Shown in pieces: positions 31,753 to 43,545 of a DNA stretch of 64,000 bases (position 1 is its first letter; each line of letters begins with the position of its first letter). A program made the translations under genes and the position numbers. The notes under the pieces are model-generated. The model saw nothing but the letters and a program-made list of their open reading frames with translations. It had not been told where the DNA came from and did not search any database. The stretch lies in NCBI RefSeq assembly GCF_003334385.1, contig NZ_QOWN01000009.1; one strand, written 5' to 3'. The stretch is from Escherichia coli. Its GTDB lineage: Bacteria > Pseudomonadota > Gammaproteobacteria > Enterobacterales > Enterobacteriaceae.

Positions 31753-34305
31753 TCAGAACAATTCCTGTGCCTCGCCATTATCGATAATGGTCGTTCCCAC
31801 CTCGTGCACTGCCTGTTGTGTCGGCTGCGTACCTTCGATGAAATACTCTTCGCGGCTGTTGCCACCATTAGCTAACTGCCCGGTGCTGCGATCGATATTC
31901 ACCGTCACAATACCCGGTGGCGGCGTCAGCGGCTGCTCCGGCACACCTTCAAGAACGGCTTTCATATAAGCGTCCCATGCAGGCTGGGCACTCTTGGCAC
32001 CGCCTTCGTAACCTGAGATCTGATCTTTAATCGCTCCGGAAGCCGTTGTATGACCGAGATTACGACGGTGATCATCAAAGCCAATCCAGACCGAGGTCAC
32101 AACGCCCGGACCGTAACCCGAGAACCACGCATCTTTCGAACTGTTAGTGGTCCCGGTTTTCCCGCCGATATCGCGACGCTGCAAATCACGACCTGCACGC
32201 CAGCCAGTACCCTGCCAGCCTGGCTCACCAAAGATATTGGTGTTCAAAGCACTCTTAATCAGGAATGCCAGCGGAGTGTTGATGACGTGCGGTGCGTACT
32301 CCTGCGCGCCAGTCTTCGCCACTAACGCCTGATTTGCCTGCTCCAGCTGCGGCATTGGTACAGAAACATTCTGCTGCTCGCGGGAGATAGCGACATCTTC
32401 AACATCGTTATTTTCCAGCACGTTCGATTTCTGCGTATCACCGTAAATCACCGGAATATCGCATTCCGGGCAGGCTACTTTCGGTTTCGCTTCGAAAATC
32501 ACGCCGCCCTGATCGTTTTCAATTTTGCTGATAAACCACGGGTCCACCAGGAAGCCGCCGTTCGCCATGACCGCGTAGCCGCGCGCCACCTGCATTGGGG
32601 TGAAGGACGCTGAACCCAGCGCCAGCGATTCGGTGTGGACAATGTTTTGTGCCGGGAAGCCGAAGCGTTGCAGATATTCTGCAGCGTAGTCGACGCCCAT
32701 CGCCCGCATTGCGCGTACCATCACCACGTTTTTCGACTGACCCAGCCCCTGACGTAAGCGAATTGGACCAGCATACTGCGGTGGTGAGTTCTTCGGCTGC
32801 CAGTCAGAACCGGCACTTGCATCCCAGCGAGAAATTGGCACATCGTTCAACATACTTGCCAGCGTCAGACCTTTATCCATCGCCGCGGTGTAGAGGAACG
32901 GTTTGATGTTGGAACCCACCTGACGCAGTGCCTGGGTGGCGCGGTTAAACTTGCTCTGATTGAAATCAAAGCCACCGACCAGCGCCATAACGGCACCGTT
33001 TTGCGGATTGATCGACACCAGCGCCGAGTTCACTTCCGGCACTTGTGCCAGCCACCATGCATCGCCAACCTGACGAACCCAGATTTGCTGACCCGTTTGC
33101 AGAACATCGGTCACTTTACGCGGCGTCGGTCCTTGCTGAGTATCCGAACGGTAAGGACGCGCCCAGCGAACGCCTTCCATACTCAATGCGACGGTCGACC
33201 CGTCCGCCAGCATCGCCGTCGCTTGCTGAGGATTGGCGCTGGTGACTGCGGCAGGCAGCAGCGGACCATAGGTTGGCAGCGCCTTCAGCGTATCGGTAAT
33301 CTTGTTGTTATCCCACGCCGACTCGCCCACTTTCCACAGCACATTTGCCGGGCCGCGATAGCCGTGGCGCATGTCGTAGTCCAGCACGTTATTACGTACC
33401 GCCTGCTGCGCGGCCTGCTGCACTTTGCGGGTGATGGTGGTGTAAATGCGATAACCGTCTTCATAGGCACTTTCGCCATAACGGTTATACATCTCCTGGC
33501 GCACCATTTCGCTCAGGTACGGCGCAGAGAAAGCAATCTCCGGCGCGTGATAGTTAGCGTTAATCGCCTCAGTGCGTGTCTGATCGAACTGTTGTTGGGT
33601 GATATACCCTTCATCCAGCATCCGCGACAGCACGACGTTACGCCGCGCGACGGCACGATCCATCGAGTAGAGCGGGTTGAAGGTGGAAGGCGCTTTCGGC
33701 AGCCCGGCTATCACCGCCATTTCGTTCAGCGTCAGTTGGTCGACCGTTTTTCCGAAATAGACTTGTGCCGCAGCACCGACACCATAGGCGCGGTAACCAA
33801 GGTAAATCTTGTTCAGATAAAGCTCGAGGATCTCGTCTTTCGTCAGCAGCTGTTCAATGCGAATCGCGAGGAAGACTTCCTTAATCTTACGCATCAGCGT
33901 GCGTTCTGGACTGAGGAAGAAGTTTCTCGCCAGCTGCTGGGTAATGGTACTTGCCCCTTGTGACGCGTGACCGGAGAACAGCGCCACGCTTGCTGCACGG
34001 AAGATCCCCACCGGGTCAACGCCGTGATGCTCGTAGAAGCGGCTGTCTTCTGTCGCGATAAAGGCTTTCACCATCTCCGGTGGGATTTGATCCAACGTAA
34101 CCGGAATACGACGTTTCTCACCGTATTGAGCAATCAGCTCGCCATCGGCGCTGTAAATCTGCATCGGAATTTGCAGGCGAACATCTTTTAATGTCGCCAC
34201 ATCCGGCAGTTGTGGCTCGATGTAGCGGTATAGGCCATAAATCGAGCCTGCTCCCAGCAGAATGCAACAGACTGCAAGGATCAAAAAATACTTTACGAAC
34301 TTCAC
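31753..34305 (-). CDS. mrcA: Penicillin-binding protein 1A (bifunctional transglycosylase/transpeptidase)
   Basis: 850 aa from a GTG start (MKFVKYFLILAV...); the ORF track extends 8 codons upstream; transpeptidase SxxK segment (GSNIKPF). Confidence 0.95.
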   Translation of the reverse strand: MKFVKYFLILAVCCILLGAGSIYGLYRYIEPQLPDVATLKDVRLQIPMQIYSADGELIAQYGEKRRIPVTLDQIPPEMVKAFIATEDSRFYEHHGVDPVGIFRAASVALFSGHASQGASTITQQLARNFFLSPERTLMRKIKEVFLAIRIEQLLTKDEILELYLNKIYLGYRAYGVGAAAQVYFGKTVDQLTLNEMAVIAGLPKAPSTFNPLYSMDRAVARRNVVLSRMLDEGYITQQQFDQTRTEAINANYHAPEIAFSAPYLSEMVRQEMYNRYGESAYEDGYRIYTTITRKVQQAAQQAVRNNVLDYDMRHGYRGPANVLWKVGESAWDNNKITDTLKALPTYGPLLPAAVTSANPQQATAMLADGSTVALSMEGVRWARPYRSDTQQGPTPRKVTDVLQTGQQIWVRQVGDAWWLAQVPEVNSALVSINPQNGAVMALVGGFDFNQSKFNRATQALRQVGSNIKPFLYTAAMDKGLTLASMLNDVPISRWDASAGSDWQPKNSPPQYAGPIRLRQGLGQSKNVVMVRAMRAMGVDYAAEYLQRFGFPAQNIVHTESLALGSASFTPMQVARGYAVMANGGFLVDPWFISKIENDQGGVIFEAKPKVACPECDIPVIYGDTQKSNVLENNDVEDVAISREQQNVSVPMPQLEQANQALVAKTGAQEYAPHVINTPLAFLIKSALNTNIFGEPGWQGTGWRAGRDLQRRDIGGKTGTTNSSKDAWFSGYGPGVVTSVWIGFDDHRRNLGHTTASGAIKDQISGYEGGAKSAQPAWDAYMKAVLEGVPEQPLTPPPGIVTVNIDRSTGQLANGGNSREEYFIEGTQPTQQAVHEVGTTIIDNGEAQELF

Positions 34306-34424
34306 TGGAAATTTCCCATTTAGTTTCATTTGGGCAGTTTATAAACAAACGCGCGGTAGTATAAAGGCAAGCCAGACGCATTGATATACCCGTCAGAGTG
34401 ACGGGTGATAAGGAGATCATCACA

Positions 34425-35204
34425 ATGGCATTTAAGATCTGGCAAATTGGTTTGCATTTACAACAGCAAGAAGCGGTAGCGGTTGCGATCGTGCGGGGCG
34501 CAAAAGAATGCTTTTTGCAACGCTGGTGGCGGTTGCCGCTGGAGAACGACATTATCAAAGATGGGCGGATTGTTGATGCGCAGCAGCTGGCTAAAACGTT
34601 GTTACCGTGGAGTCGCGAACTGCCGCAGCGTCATCACATTATGTTGGCGTTTCCCGCCAGTCGCACATTACAGCGGTCATTTCCGCGCCCGTCGATGTCC
34701 CTTGGTGAGCGGGAGCAAACGGCCTGGCTGTCAGGGACGATGGCCCGCGAGCTGGATATGGATCCGGACTCCCTGCGCTTCGATTACAGCGAAGACTCAC
34801 TCAGTCCCGCCTATAACGTGACTGCCGCGCAAAGCAAAGAGCTGGCAACGCTGCTTACTCTGGCAGAAAGGTTGCGTGTTCATGTGAGCGCGATCACCCC
34901 GGATGCCAGTGCATTACAGCGATTCCTGCCTTTTTTACCTTCTCATCAGCAATGTCTGGCCTGGCGTGATAACGAACAGTGGCTGTGGGCGACGCGCTAT
35001 AGCTGGGGGCGCAAACTGGCGGTGGGGATGACTAGCGCGAAGGAGCTGGCGGCAGCGTTATCCGTTGATCCCGAAAGCGTCGCGATATGTGGCGAAGGCG
35101 GATTTGATCCCTGGGAGGCCGTTTCTGTTCGTCAGCCGCCGCTACCGCCGCCAGGTGGAGACTTTGCCATCGCGCTGGGGCTGGCGCTTGGGAAGGCGTA
35201 CTGA
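34425..35204 (+). CDS. hofM: Type IV pilus/DNA-uptake assembly protein HofM (PilM-like)
   Basis: 259 aa from MAFKIWQIGLHL with RBS aaggag; divergent from mrcA; first gene of hofMNOPQ. Confidence 0.88.
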   Translation: MAFKIWQIGLHLQQQEAVAVAIVRGAKECFLQRWWRLPLENDIIKDGRIVDAQQLAKTLLPWSRELPQRHHIMLAFPASRTLQRSFPRPSMSLGEREQTAWLSGTMARELDMDPDSLRFDYSEDSLSPAYNVTAAQSKELATLLTLAERLRVHVSAITPDASALQRFLPFLPSHQQCLAWRDNEQWLWATRYSWGRKLAVGMTSAKELAAALSVDPESVAICGEGGFDPWEAVSVRQPPLPPPGGDFAIALGLALGKAY

Positions 35205-35743
35205 TGAACCCGCCAATTAATTTTTTGCCCTGGCGACAGCAACGCCGGACCGCTTTTCTGCGTTTCTGGTTGCTGATGTTCGTTGCGCCTCTGCTGCTGG
35301 CCGTCGGGATAACGCTAATACTGCGTCTGACAGGCAGCGCCGAAGCGCGCATAGACGCAGTTTTGCTTCAGGCGGAACAACAACTCGCCCGAAGCTTACA
35401 GATAACGAAGCCACGTTTGCTGGAGCAACAGCAGTTACGCGAACAGCGTTCGCAACGGCAGCGCCAGCGACAATTTACCCGCGACTGGCAATCTGCGCTG
35501 GAAGCACTGGCGGCGCTTTTACCCGAGCACGCCTGGCTGACAACGATAAGCTGGCAGCAGGGAACGCTGGAGATCAAGGGGCTGACAACAAGCATTACCG
35601 CGTTAAACGCACTAGAAACGTCACTCCGCCAGGATGCATCTTTTCATCTCAATCAGCGGGGAGCCACGCAGCAGGATGCGCAGGGACGCTGGCAATTTGA
35701 GTATCAGTTAACAAGGAAGGTTAGCGATGAACATGTTCTTTGA
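35204..35743 (+). CDS. hofN: DNA-utilisation protein HofN (PilN-like)
   Basis: 179 aa; 1-nt stop/start overlap with hofM. Confidence 0.85.
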   Translation: MNPPINFLPWRQQRRTAFLRFWLLMFVAPLLLAVGITLILRLTGSAEARIDAVLLQAEQQLARSLQITKPRLLEQQQLREQRSQRQRQRQFTRDWQSALEALAALLPEHAWLTTISWQQGTLEIKGLTTSITALNALETSLRQDASFHLNQRGATQQDAQGRWQFEYQLTRKVSDEHVL

Positions 35744-36167
35744 CTGGTGGTTCGCCACATCACCCCGCCTCCGCCAGCTTTGCTGGGCATTCTGGTTGCT
35801 GATGTTAGTTACGCTCATTTTTCTGTCATCGACACACCATGAAGAGCGCGACGCATTAATTCGACTACGGGCAAGTCATCACCAGCAGTGGGCCGCACTG
35901 TATCGCCTGGTAGACACCACTCCCTTCAGCGAGGAAAAAACGCTGCCCTTTTCGCCACTGGATTTTCAGTTATCCGGCGCGCAACTGGTTTCCTGGCATC
36001 CATCCGCGCAGGGAGGCGAGTTGGCGTTGAAAACGCTGTGGGAAGCAGTGCCGTCGGCATTTACACGGCTGGCAGAGCGCAACGTCAGCGTGAGCCGTTT
36101 TTCGTTAAGCGTGGAAGGTGATGATCTTTTGTTCACGCTACAACTGGAGACGCCGCATGAGGGTTAA
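35727..36167 (+). CDS. hofO: DNA-utilisation protein HofO (PilO-like)
   Basis: 146 aa; overlaps hofN 3' end. Confidence 0.85.
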   Translation: MNMFFDWWFATSPRLRQLCWAFWLLMLVTLIFLSSTHHEERDALIRLRASHHQQWAALYRLVDTTPFSEEKTLPFSPLDFQLSGAQLVSWHPSAQGGELALKTLWEAVPSAFTRLAERNVSVSRFSLSVEGDDLLFTLQLETPHEG

Positions 36168-36561
36168 ACGCTGGTTGTTGGCAGGTATTGCATTGTGCCT
36201 TTTAACCGGTATGCGTGACCCTTTTAAACCGCCGGAAGATCTATGCCGGATTAGCGAACTTAGCCAGTGGCGCTATCAGGGGATGGTAGGGCGAGGCGAG
36301 CGCATCATCGGTGTAATAAAAGACGGGCAAAAGAAATGGCGACGGGTGCAGCAAAACGATGTGCTGGAAAACGGCTGGACAATTTTACAGCTGACGCCAG
36401 ACGTACTAACGCTGGGTACCGGGACAAACTGCGAACCGCCACAATGGTTGTGGCAACGGCAAGGAGATACAAATGAAGCAATGGATAGCCGCACTACTGT
36501 TGATGCTGATACCCGGCGTACAGGCGGCAAAGCCGCAAAAAGTGACGCTGATGGTGGATGA
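36157..36561 (+). CDS. hofP: DNA-utilisation protein HofP (PilP-like)
   Basis: ORF track 147 aa trimmed to MRVKRWLLAGIALCLL (134 aa). Confidence 0.8.
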   Translation: MRVKRWLLAGIALCLLTGMRDPFKPPEDLCRISELSQWRYQGMVGRGERIIGVIKDGQKKWRRVQQNDVLENGWTILQLTPDVLTLGTGTNCEPPQWLWQRQGDTNEAMDSRTTVDADTRRTGGKAAKSDADGG

Positions 36562-37711
36562 CGTTCCGGTAGCTCAGGTGTTGCAGGCGCTGGCTGAACA
36601 GGAGAAGTTGAACCTGGTCGTGTCGCCAGACGTCAGCGGTACGGTGTCGTTACATCTAACAGATGTTCCCTGGAAGCAGGCACTACAAACTGTAGTGAAA
36701 AGCGCCGGACTGATAACGCGGCAGGAAGGCAACATTCTCTCAGTGCATTCCATTGCCTGGCAGAATAACAATATCGCCCGCCAGGAGGCGGAGCAGGCGC
36801 GGGCGCAGGCAAATCTGCCGCTGGAAAATCGCAGTATAACCCTGCAATACGCCGACGCGGGAGAACTGGCGAAAGCGGGGGAGAAGCTACTGAGTGCCAA
36901 AGGGAGTATGACCGTCGATAAACGCACCAATCGCCTTTTGCTACGAGATAACAAAACGGCGTTAAGCGCGCTTGAACAGTGGGTAGCGCAAATGGATCTG
37001 CCGGTCGGGCAGGTTGAGCTGTCGGCGCATATTGTCACCATTAATGAAAAAAGTTTGCGTGAGTTAGGCGTGAAATGGACGCTGGCCGATGCGCAACACG
37101 CTGGTGGCGTTGGGCAAGTCACCACGCTTGGTAGCGACCTCTCCGTAGCGACGGCGACAACGCATGTCGGTTTTAACATTGGGCGCATCAACGGACGCTT
37201 GCTGGATCTTGAGCTTTCCGCGCTCGAACAAAAACAGCAGCTGGATATTATCGCCAGTCCGCGTCTGCTGGCCTCACATCTTCAGCCTGCCAGCATTAAA
37301 CAGGGGAGCGAAATTCCATATCAGGTTTCCAGCGGGGAAAGTGGCGCGACGTCGGTGGAATTTAAAGAGGCCGTCCTGGGGATGGAGGTCACGCCCACGG
37401 TGTTACAAAAAGGTCGCATCCGGCTGAAATTACACATCAGCCAGAACGTTCCGGGGCAGGTGCTACAGCAGGCCGATGGCGAAGTGCTGGCGATTGATAA
37501 GCAGGAGATCGAAACGCAGGTCGAGGTCAAAAGCGGAGAAACGTTGGCGCTGGGCGGCATTTTTACCCGTAAAAATAAATCGGGTCAGGATAGCGTACCG
37601 TTGCTTGGCGACATTCCCTGGTTCGGGCAATTATTTCGTCATGACGGAAAAGAAGATGAACGACGCGAGTTAGTGGTGTTTATCACGCCACGACTGGTTT
37701 CCAGTGAGTAA
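36473..37711 (+). CDS. hofQ: Outer-membrane secretin HofQ (PilQ/ComE-like)
   Basis: 412 aa with signal peptide and C-terminal secretin domain; 89-nt overlap with hofP. Confidence 0.92.
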   Translation: MKQWIAALLLMLIPGVQAAKPQKVTLMVDDVPVAQVLQALAEQEKLNLVVSPDVSGTVSLHLTDVPWKQALQTVVKSAGLITRQEGNILSVHSIAWQNNNIARQEAEQARAQANLPLENRSITLQYADAGELAKAGEKLLSAKGSMTVDKRTNRLLLRDNKTALSALEQWVAQMDLPVGQVELSAHIVTINEKSLRELGVKWTLADAQHAGGVGQVTTLGSDLSVATATTHVGFNIGRINGRLLDLELSALEQKQQLDIIASPRLLASHLQPASIKQGSEIPYQVSSGESGATSVEFKEAVLGMEVTPTVLQKGRIRLKLHISQNVPGQVLQQADGEVLAIDKQEIETQVEVKSGETLALGGIFTRKNKSGQDSVPLLGDIPWFGQLFRHDGKEDERRELVVFITPRLVSSE

Positions 37712-38111
37712 ACAGCCGTAAAAGCGGTAATGTTTTTACGCTGAACGTGTTTCATCTATTTGACGCGCGCAGGTATTTAGCATACAAGGAGTACCGATTT
37801 GAGAGTTGGTGCTCTTCGCTGCCTGCGTTCCATGATGATGATTTATCATTCAGGCGGCATTTTGCTGTCTTTTTTACGCTAATCTTACCCGGTGATTTAT
37901 CGCCAGAGCGGTGGTAGCAAGGCAGCGCGCTTGCAGCGACCAGATATGCAGAGGGATGGGTGATTTATTCAGTTGCCAAACCCGCTGGAGTATTGAGATA
38001 ATTTTCAGTCTGACTCTCGCAATATCTTATGAGGTTTCAGTTCATGTCCTGCGGCGCTCTCTGAGCGAAGCGGGTTTATCATTAACGAATAGTCTTAGTA
38101 GTACCGAAAAA

Positions 38112-38633
38112 ATGGCAGAGAAACGCAATATCTTTCTGGTTGGGCCTATGGGTGCCGGAAAAAGCACTATTGGGCGCCAGTTAGCTCAACAACTCAATAT
38201 GGAATTTTACGATTCCGATCAAGAGATTGAGAAACGAACCGGAGCTGATGTGGGCTGGGTTTTCGATTTAGAAGGCGAAGAAGGCTTCCGCGATCGCGAA
38301 GAAAAGGTCATCAATGAGTTGACCGAGAAACAGGGTATTGTGCTGGCTACTGGCGGCGGCTCTGTGAAATCCCGTGAAACGCGTAACCGTCTTTCCGCTC
38401 GTGGCGTTGTCGTTTATCTTGAAACGACCATCGAAAAGCAACTTGCACGCACGCAGCGTGATAAAAAACGCCCGTTGCTGCACGTTGAAACACCGCCGCG
38501 TGAAGTTCTGGAAGCGTTGGCCAATGAACGCAATCCGCTGTATGAAGAGATTGCCGACGTGACCATTCGTACTGATGATCAAAGCGCTAAAGTGGTTGCA
38601 AACCAGATTATTCACATGCTGGAAAGCAACTAA
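38112..38633 (+). CDS. aroK: Shikimate kinase I
   Basis: 173 aa from [22 protein letters not shown] (P-loop); the ORF track is extended 67 codons upstream. Confidence 0.95.
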   Translation: MAEKRNIFLVGPMGAGKSTIGRQLAQQLNMEFYDSDQEIEKRTGADVGWVFDLEGEEGFRDREEKVINELTEKQGIVLATGGGSVKSRETRNRLSARGVVVYLETTIEKQLARTQRDKKRPLLHVETPPREVLEALANERNPLYEEIADVTIRTDDQSAKVVANQIIHMLESN

Positions 38634-38689
38634 TTCTGGCTTTATATACACTCGTCTGCGGGTACAGTAATTAAGGTGGATGTCGCGTT

Positions 38690-39778
38690 ATGGAGAGGAT
38701 TGTCGTTACTCTCGGGGAACGTAGTTACCCAATTACCATCGCATCTGGTTTGTTTAATGAACCAGCTTCATTCTTACCGCTGAAATCGGGCGAGCAGGTC
38801 ATGTTGGTCACCAACGAAACCCTGGCTCCTCTGTATCTCGATAAGGTCCGCGGCGTACTTGAACAGGCGGGTGTTAACGTCGATAGCGTTATCCTCCCTG
38901 ACGGCGAGCAGTATAAAAGCCTGGCTGTACTCGATACCGTCTTTACGGCGTTGTTACAAAAACCGCATGGTCGCGATACTACGCTGGTGGCGCTTGGCGG
39001 CGGCGTAGTGGGCGATCTGACCGGCTTCGCGGCGGCGAGTTATCAGCGCGGTGTCCGTTTCATTCAAGTCCCGACGACGTTACTGTCGCAGGTCGATTCC
39101 TCCGTTGGCGGCAAAACTGCGGTCAACCATCCCCTCGGTAAAAACATGATTGGCGCGTTCTACCAACCTGCTTCAGTGGTGGTGGATCTCGACTGTCTGA
39201 AAACGCTTCCCCCGCGTGAGTTAGCGTCGGGGCTGGCAGAAGTCATCAAATACGGCATTATTCTTGACGGTGCGTTTTTTAACTGGCTGGAAGAGAATCT
39301 GGATGCGTTGTTGCGTCTGGACGGTCCGGCAATGGCGTACTGTATTCGCCGTTGTTGTGAACTGAAGGCAGAAGTTGTCGCCGCCGACGAGCGCGAAACC
39401 GGGTTACGTGCTTTACTGAATCTGGGACACACCTTTGGTCATGCCATTGAAGCTGAAATGGGGTATGGCAATTGGTTACATGGTGAAGCGGTCGCTGCGG
39501 GTATGGTGATGGCGGCGCGGACGTCGGAACGTCTCGGGCAGTTTAGTTCTGCCGAAACGCAGCGTATTATAACCCTGCTCAAGCGGGCTGGGTTACCGGT
39601 CAATGGGCCGCGCGAAATGTCCGCGCAGGCGTATTTACCGCATATGCTGCGTGACAAGAAAGTCCTTGCGGGAGAGATGCGCTTAATTCTTCCGTTGGCA
39701 ATTGGTAAGAGTGAAGTTCGCAGCGGCGTTTCGCACGAGCTTGTTCTTAACGCCATTGCCGATTGTCAATCAGCGTAA
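38690..39778 (+). CDS. aroB: 3-dehydroquinate synthase
   Basis: 362-aa ORF directly after aroK; recognised as AroB. Confidence 0.95.
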
Positions 39779-39869
39779 CAACAAGAAAGGTCAGGCCGCT
39801 TATCAAGCGGTCTATTAGCTTCAGGTTAATTGCAACGTGGTAAGCATTAACCTTTTAGTGGGGTGTTAA

Positions 39870-41156
39870 ATGGATGAATTCAAACCAGAAGACGAGCTGA
39901 AACCCGATCCCAGCGATCGTCGTACTGGTCGTTCTCGTCAATCTTCTGAACGTTCTGAGCGTACTGAACGTGGCGAACCGCAGATCAATTTTGATGATAT
40001 TGAACTTGATGACACTGACGATCGCCGTCCGACTCGTGCGCAAAAAGAGCGCAATGAGGAACCGGAAATCGAAGAAGAAATTGACGAATCCGAAGATGAA
40101 ACCGTGGATGAAGAGCGCGTAGAGCGTCGTCCGCGTAAGCGCAAAAAAGCAGCCAGTAAACCCGCTTCTCGTCAGTATATGATGATGGGCGTCGGCATTC
40201 TGGTTCTACTGCTGTTGATCATCGGTATCGGTTCTGCGCTAAAAGCCCCCTCGACCACTTCCAGCGATCAAACCGCGTCTGGCGAGAAGAGTATTGATCT
40301 TGCTGGCAATGCGACCGAACAGGCGAATGGCGTGCAGCCAGCGCCGGGAACCACGTCTGCGGAAAATACTCAGCAGGATGTTTCTCTGCCACCGATCTCT
40401 TCTACGCCGACTCAAGGGCAAACCCCGGTGGCAACGGATGGTCAACAACGTGTTGAAGTGCAGGGTGACCTGAACAATGCGCTGACCCAGCCACAAAATC
40501 AGCAACAGCTGAACAATGTGGCGGTCAATTCCACGTTGCCGACTGAACCCGCAACGGTTGCGCCTGTTCGCAATGGCAATGCATCGCGTGACACGGCGAA
40601 AACGCAAACCGCTGAACGTCCGTCCACTACGCGCCCAGCTCGTCAGCAGGCGGTGATTGAACCGAAAAAACCGCAAGCAACCGTGAAAACGGAGCCGAAG
40701 CCGGTAGCACAGACGCCGAAGCGTACTGAACCAGCTGCCCCTGTGGCGAGCACGAAGGCACCGGCTGCGACTTCTACGCCAGCACCAAAAGAGACGGCGA
40801 CTACGGCTCCAGTACAGACGGCATCCCCGGCGCAAACCACGGCAACACCCGCTGCTGGGGCGAAGACCGCAGGTAATGTTGGTTCGTTGAAATCGGCACC
40901 GTCCAGCCATTACACTCTGCAGCTGAGCAGTTCCTCTAACTACGACAACCTGAACGGTTGGGCGAAGAAAGAGAATCTGAAAAACTACGTTGTCTATGAA
41001 ACGACGCGTAATGGTCAGCCGTGGTATGTCCTGGTTTCTGGCGTGTACGCTTCGAAAGAAGAGGCGAAAAAAGCGGTATCTACATTGCCAGCAGATGTCC
41101 AGGCCAAAAACCCGTGGGCGAAACCGCTGCGTCAGGTACAGGCCGATCTGAAGTAA
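39870..41156 (+). CDS. damX: Cell-division protein DamX (SPOR domain, disordered linker)
   Basis: 428 aa: acidic N-terminus, one TM segment, long Pro/Ala/Thr/Gln-rich linker, C-terminal SPOR domain. Confidence 0.93.
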   Translation: MDEFKPEDELKPDPSDRRTGRSRQSSERSERTERGEPQINFDDIELDDTDDRRPTRAQKERNEEPEIEEEIDESEDETVDEERVERRPRKRKKAASKPASRQYMMMGVGILVLLLLIIGIGSALKAPSTTSSDQTASGEKSIDLAGNATEQANGVQPAPGTTSAENTQQDVSLPPISSTPTQGQTPVATDGQQRVEVQGDLNNALTQPQNQQQLNNVAVNSTLPTEPATVAPVRNGNASRDTAKTQTAERPSTTRPARQQAVIEPKKPQATVKTEPKPVAQTPKRTEPAAPVASTKAPAATSTPAPKETATTAPVQTASPAQTTATPAAGAKTAGNVGSLKSAPSSHYTLQLSSSSNYDNLNGWAKKENLKNYVVYETTRNGQPWYVLVSGVYASKEEAKKAVSTLPADVQAKNPWAKPLRQVQADLK

Positions 41157-41262
41157 TCAAGGTTATCTCCCGCAATGGTTTATCGTTGCGGGAGTTGCCT
41201 GAAGCGCTGGATGCTGTCGGAGCTTTCTCCACAGCCGGAGAAGGTGTAATTAGTTAGTCAGC

Positions 41263-42099
41263 ATGAAGAAAAATCGCGCTTTTTTGAAGTGGGCAGGGGG
41301 CAAGTATCCCCTGCTTGATGATATTAAACGGCATTTGCCCAAGGGCGAATGTCTGGTTGAGCCTTTTGTAGGTGCCGGGTCGGTGTTTCTCAACACCGAC
41401 TTTTCTCGTTATATCCTTGCCGATATCAATAGCGACCTGATCAGTCTCTATAACATTGTGAAGATGCGTACTGATGAGTACGTACAGGCCGCACGCGAGC
41501 TGTTTGTTCCCGAAACAAATTGCGCCGAGGTTTACTATCAGTTCCGCGAAGAGTTCAACAAAAGCCAGGATCCGTTCCGTCGGGCGGTACTGTTTTTATA
41601 TTTGAACCGCTACGGTTACAACGGCCTGTGTCGTTACAATCTGCGCGGTGAGTTTAACGTGCCGTTCGGCCGCTACAAAAAACCCTATTTCCCGGAAGCA
41701 GAGTTGTATCACTTCGCTGAAAAAGCGCAGAATGCCTTTTTCTATTGTGAGTCTTACGCCGATAGCATGGCGCGCGCAGATGATGCATCCGTCGTCTATT
41801 GCGATCCGCCTTATGCACCGCTGTCTGCGACCGCCAACTTTACGGCGTATCACACAAACAGTTTTACGCTTGAACAACAAGCGCATCTGGCGGAGATCGC
41901 CGAAGGTCTGGTTGAGCGCCATATTCCAGTGCTGATCTCCAATCACGATACGATGTTAACGCGTGAGTGGTATCAGCGCGCAAAATTGCATGTCGTCAAA
42001 GTTCGACGCAGTATAAGCAGCAACGGCGGCACACGTAAAAAGGTGGACGAACTGCTGGCTTTGTACAAACCAGGAGTCGTTTCACCCGCGAAAAAATAA
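41263..42099 (+). CDS. dam: DNA adenine methyltransferase (GATC N6-adenine)
   Basis: 278 aa; catalytic DPPY motif ([10 protein letters not shown]) and AdoMet-binding region. Confidence 0.97.
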
Positions 42100-42116
42100 T
42101 TCTCAAGGAGAAGCGG

Positions 42117-42794
42117 ATGAAACAGTATTTGATTGCCCCCTCAATTCTGTCGGCTGATTTTGCCCGCCTGGGTGAAGATACCGCAAAAGCCCTGGCAGCT
42201 GGCGCTGATGTCGTGCATTTTGACGTCATGGATAACCACTATGTTCCCAATCTGACGATTGGGCCAATGGTGCTGAAATCCTTGCGTAACTATGGCATTA
42301 CCGCCCCTATCGACGTACACCTGATGGTGAAACCCGTCGATCGCATTGTGCCTGATTTCGCTGCCGCTGGTGCCAGCATCATTACCTTTCATCCAGAAGC
42401 CTCCGAGCATGTTGACCGCACGCTGCAACTGATTAAAGAAAATGGCTGTAAAGCGGGTCTGGTATTTAACCCGGCGACACCTCTGAGCTATCTGGATTAC
42501 GTGATGGATAAGCTGGATGTGATCCTGCTGATGTCCGTCAACCCTGGTTTCGGCGGTCAGTCTTTCATTCCTCAAACACTGGATAAACTGCGCGAAGTAC
42601 GTCGCCGTATCGACGAGTCTGGCTTTGACATTCGACTAGAAGTGGACGGTGGCGTGAAGGTGAACAACATTGGCGAAATCGCTGCGGCGGGCGCGGATAT
42701 GTTCGTCGCCGGTTCGGCAATCTTCGACCAGCCAGACTACAAAAAAGTCATTGATGAAATGCGCAGTGAACTGGCAAAGGTAAGTCATGAATAA
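42117..42794 (+). CDS. rpe: Ribulose-phosphate 3-epimerase
   Basis: 225-aa ORF recognised as Rpe. Confidence 0.95.
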   Translation: MKQYLIAPSILSADFARLGEDTAKALAAGADVVHFDVMDNHYVPNLTIGPMVLKSLRNYGITAPIDVHLMVKPVDRIVPDFAAAGASIITFHPEASEHVDRTLQLIKENGCKAGLVFNPATPLSYLDYVMDKLDVILLMSVNPGFGGQSFIPQTLDKLREVRRRIDESGFDIRLEVDGGVKVNNIGEIAAAGADMFVAGSAIFDQPDYKKVIDEMRSELAKVSHE

Positions 42795-43545
42795 GTTTGA
42801 AGATATTCGCGGCGTCGCTTTTGATCTTGATGGTACGCTGGTCGACAGTGCTCCTGGTCTTGCTGCTGCGGTAGATATGGCGCTGTATGCGCTGGAGTTG
42901 CCCGTCGCAGGTGAAGAACGCGTTATTACCTGGATTGGTAACGGCGCAGATGTTCTGATGGAGCGCGCATTGACCTGGGCGCGTCAGGAACGTGCGACTC
43001 AGCGTAAAACAATGGGTAAACCGCCCGTTGATGACGACATTCCGGCAGAAGAACAGGTACGTATTCTGCGTAAACTGTTCGATCGCTACTATGGCGAGGT
43101 TGCCGAAGAGGGGACGTTTTTGTTCCCGCACGTTGCCGATACGTTGGGCGCGTTGCAGGCTAAAGGCCTGCCGCTAGGCCTGGTCACCAACAAACCGACG
43201 CCGTTCGTCGCGCCGCTGCTCGAAGCCTTAGATATCGCCAAATACTTCAGCGTGGTGATTGGTGGTGATGATGTGCAAAACAAAAAACCGCATCCGGACC
43301 CGCTGTTACTGGTGGCTGAGCGGATGGGAATTGCCCCACAACAGATGCTGTTTGTCGGCGACTCACGCAATGATATTCAGGCGGCAAAAGCGGCAGGTTG
43401 CCCATCAGTTGGCTTAACCTACGGATATAACTACGGCGAGGCTATCGATCTCAGCCAGCCTGATGTAATTTATCAGTCTATAAATGACCTTCTGCCCGCA
43501 TTAGGGCTTCCGCATAGCGAAAATCAGGAATCGAAAAATGACTAA
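42787..43545 (+). CDS. gph: Phosphoglycolate phosphatase (HAD superfamily)
   Basis: 252 aa; HAD motif DLDGTLVDS; 8-nt overlap with rpe. Confidence 0.95.

Noticed and set aside
40240-40900. Compositionally biased, quasi-repetitive stretch inside damX, considered as a possible tandem repeat or array.
   Set aside because: It is in frame within damX and encodes a Pro/Ala/Thr/Gln-rich linker between the TM segment and SPOR domain; no regular repeat-spacer periodicity.
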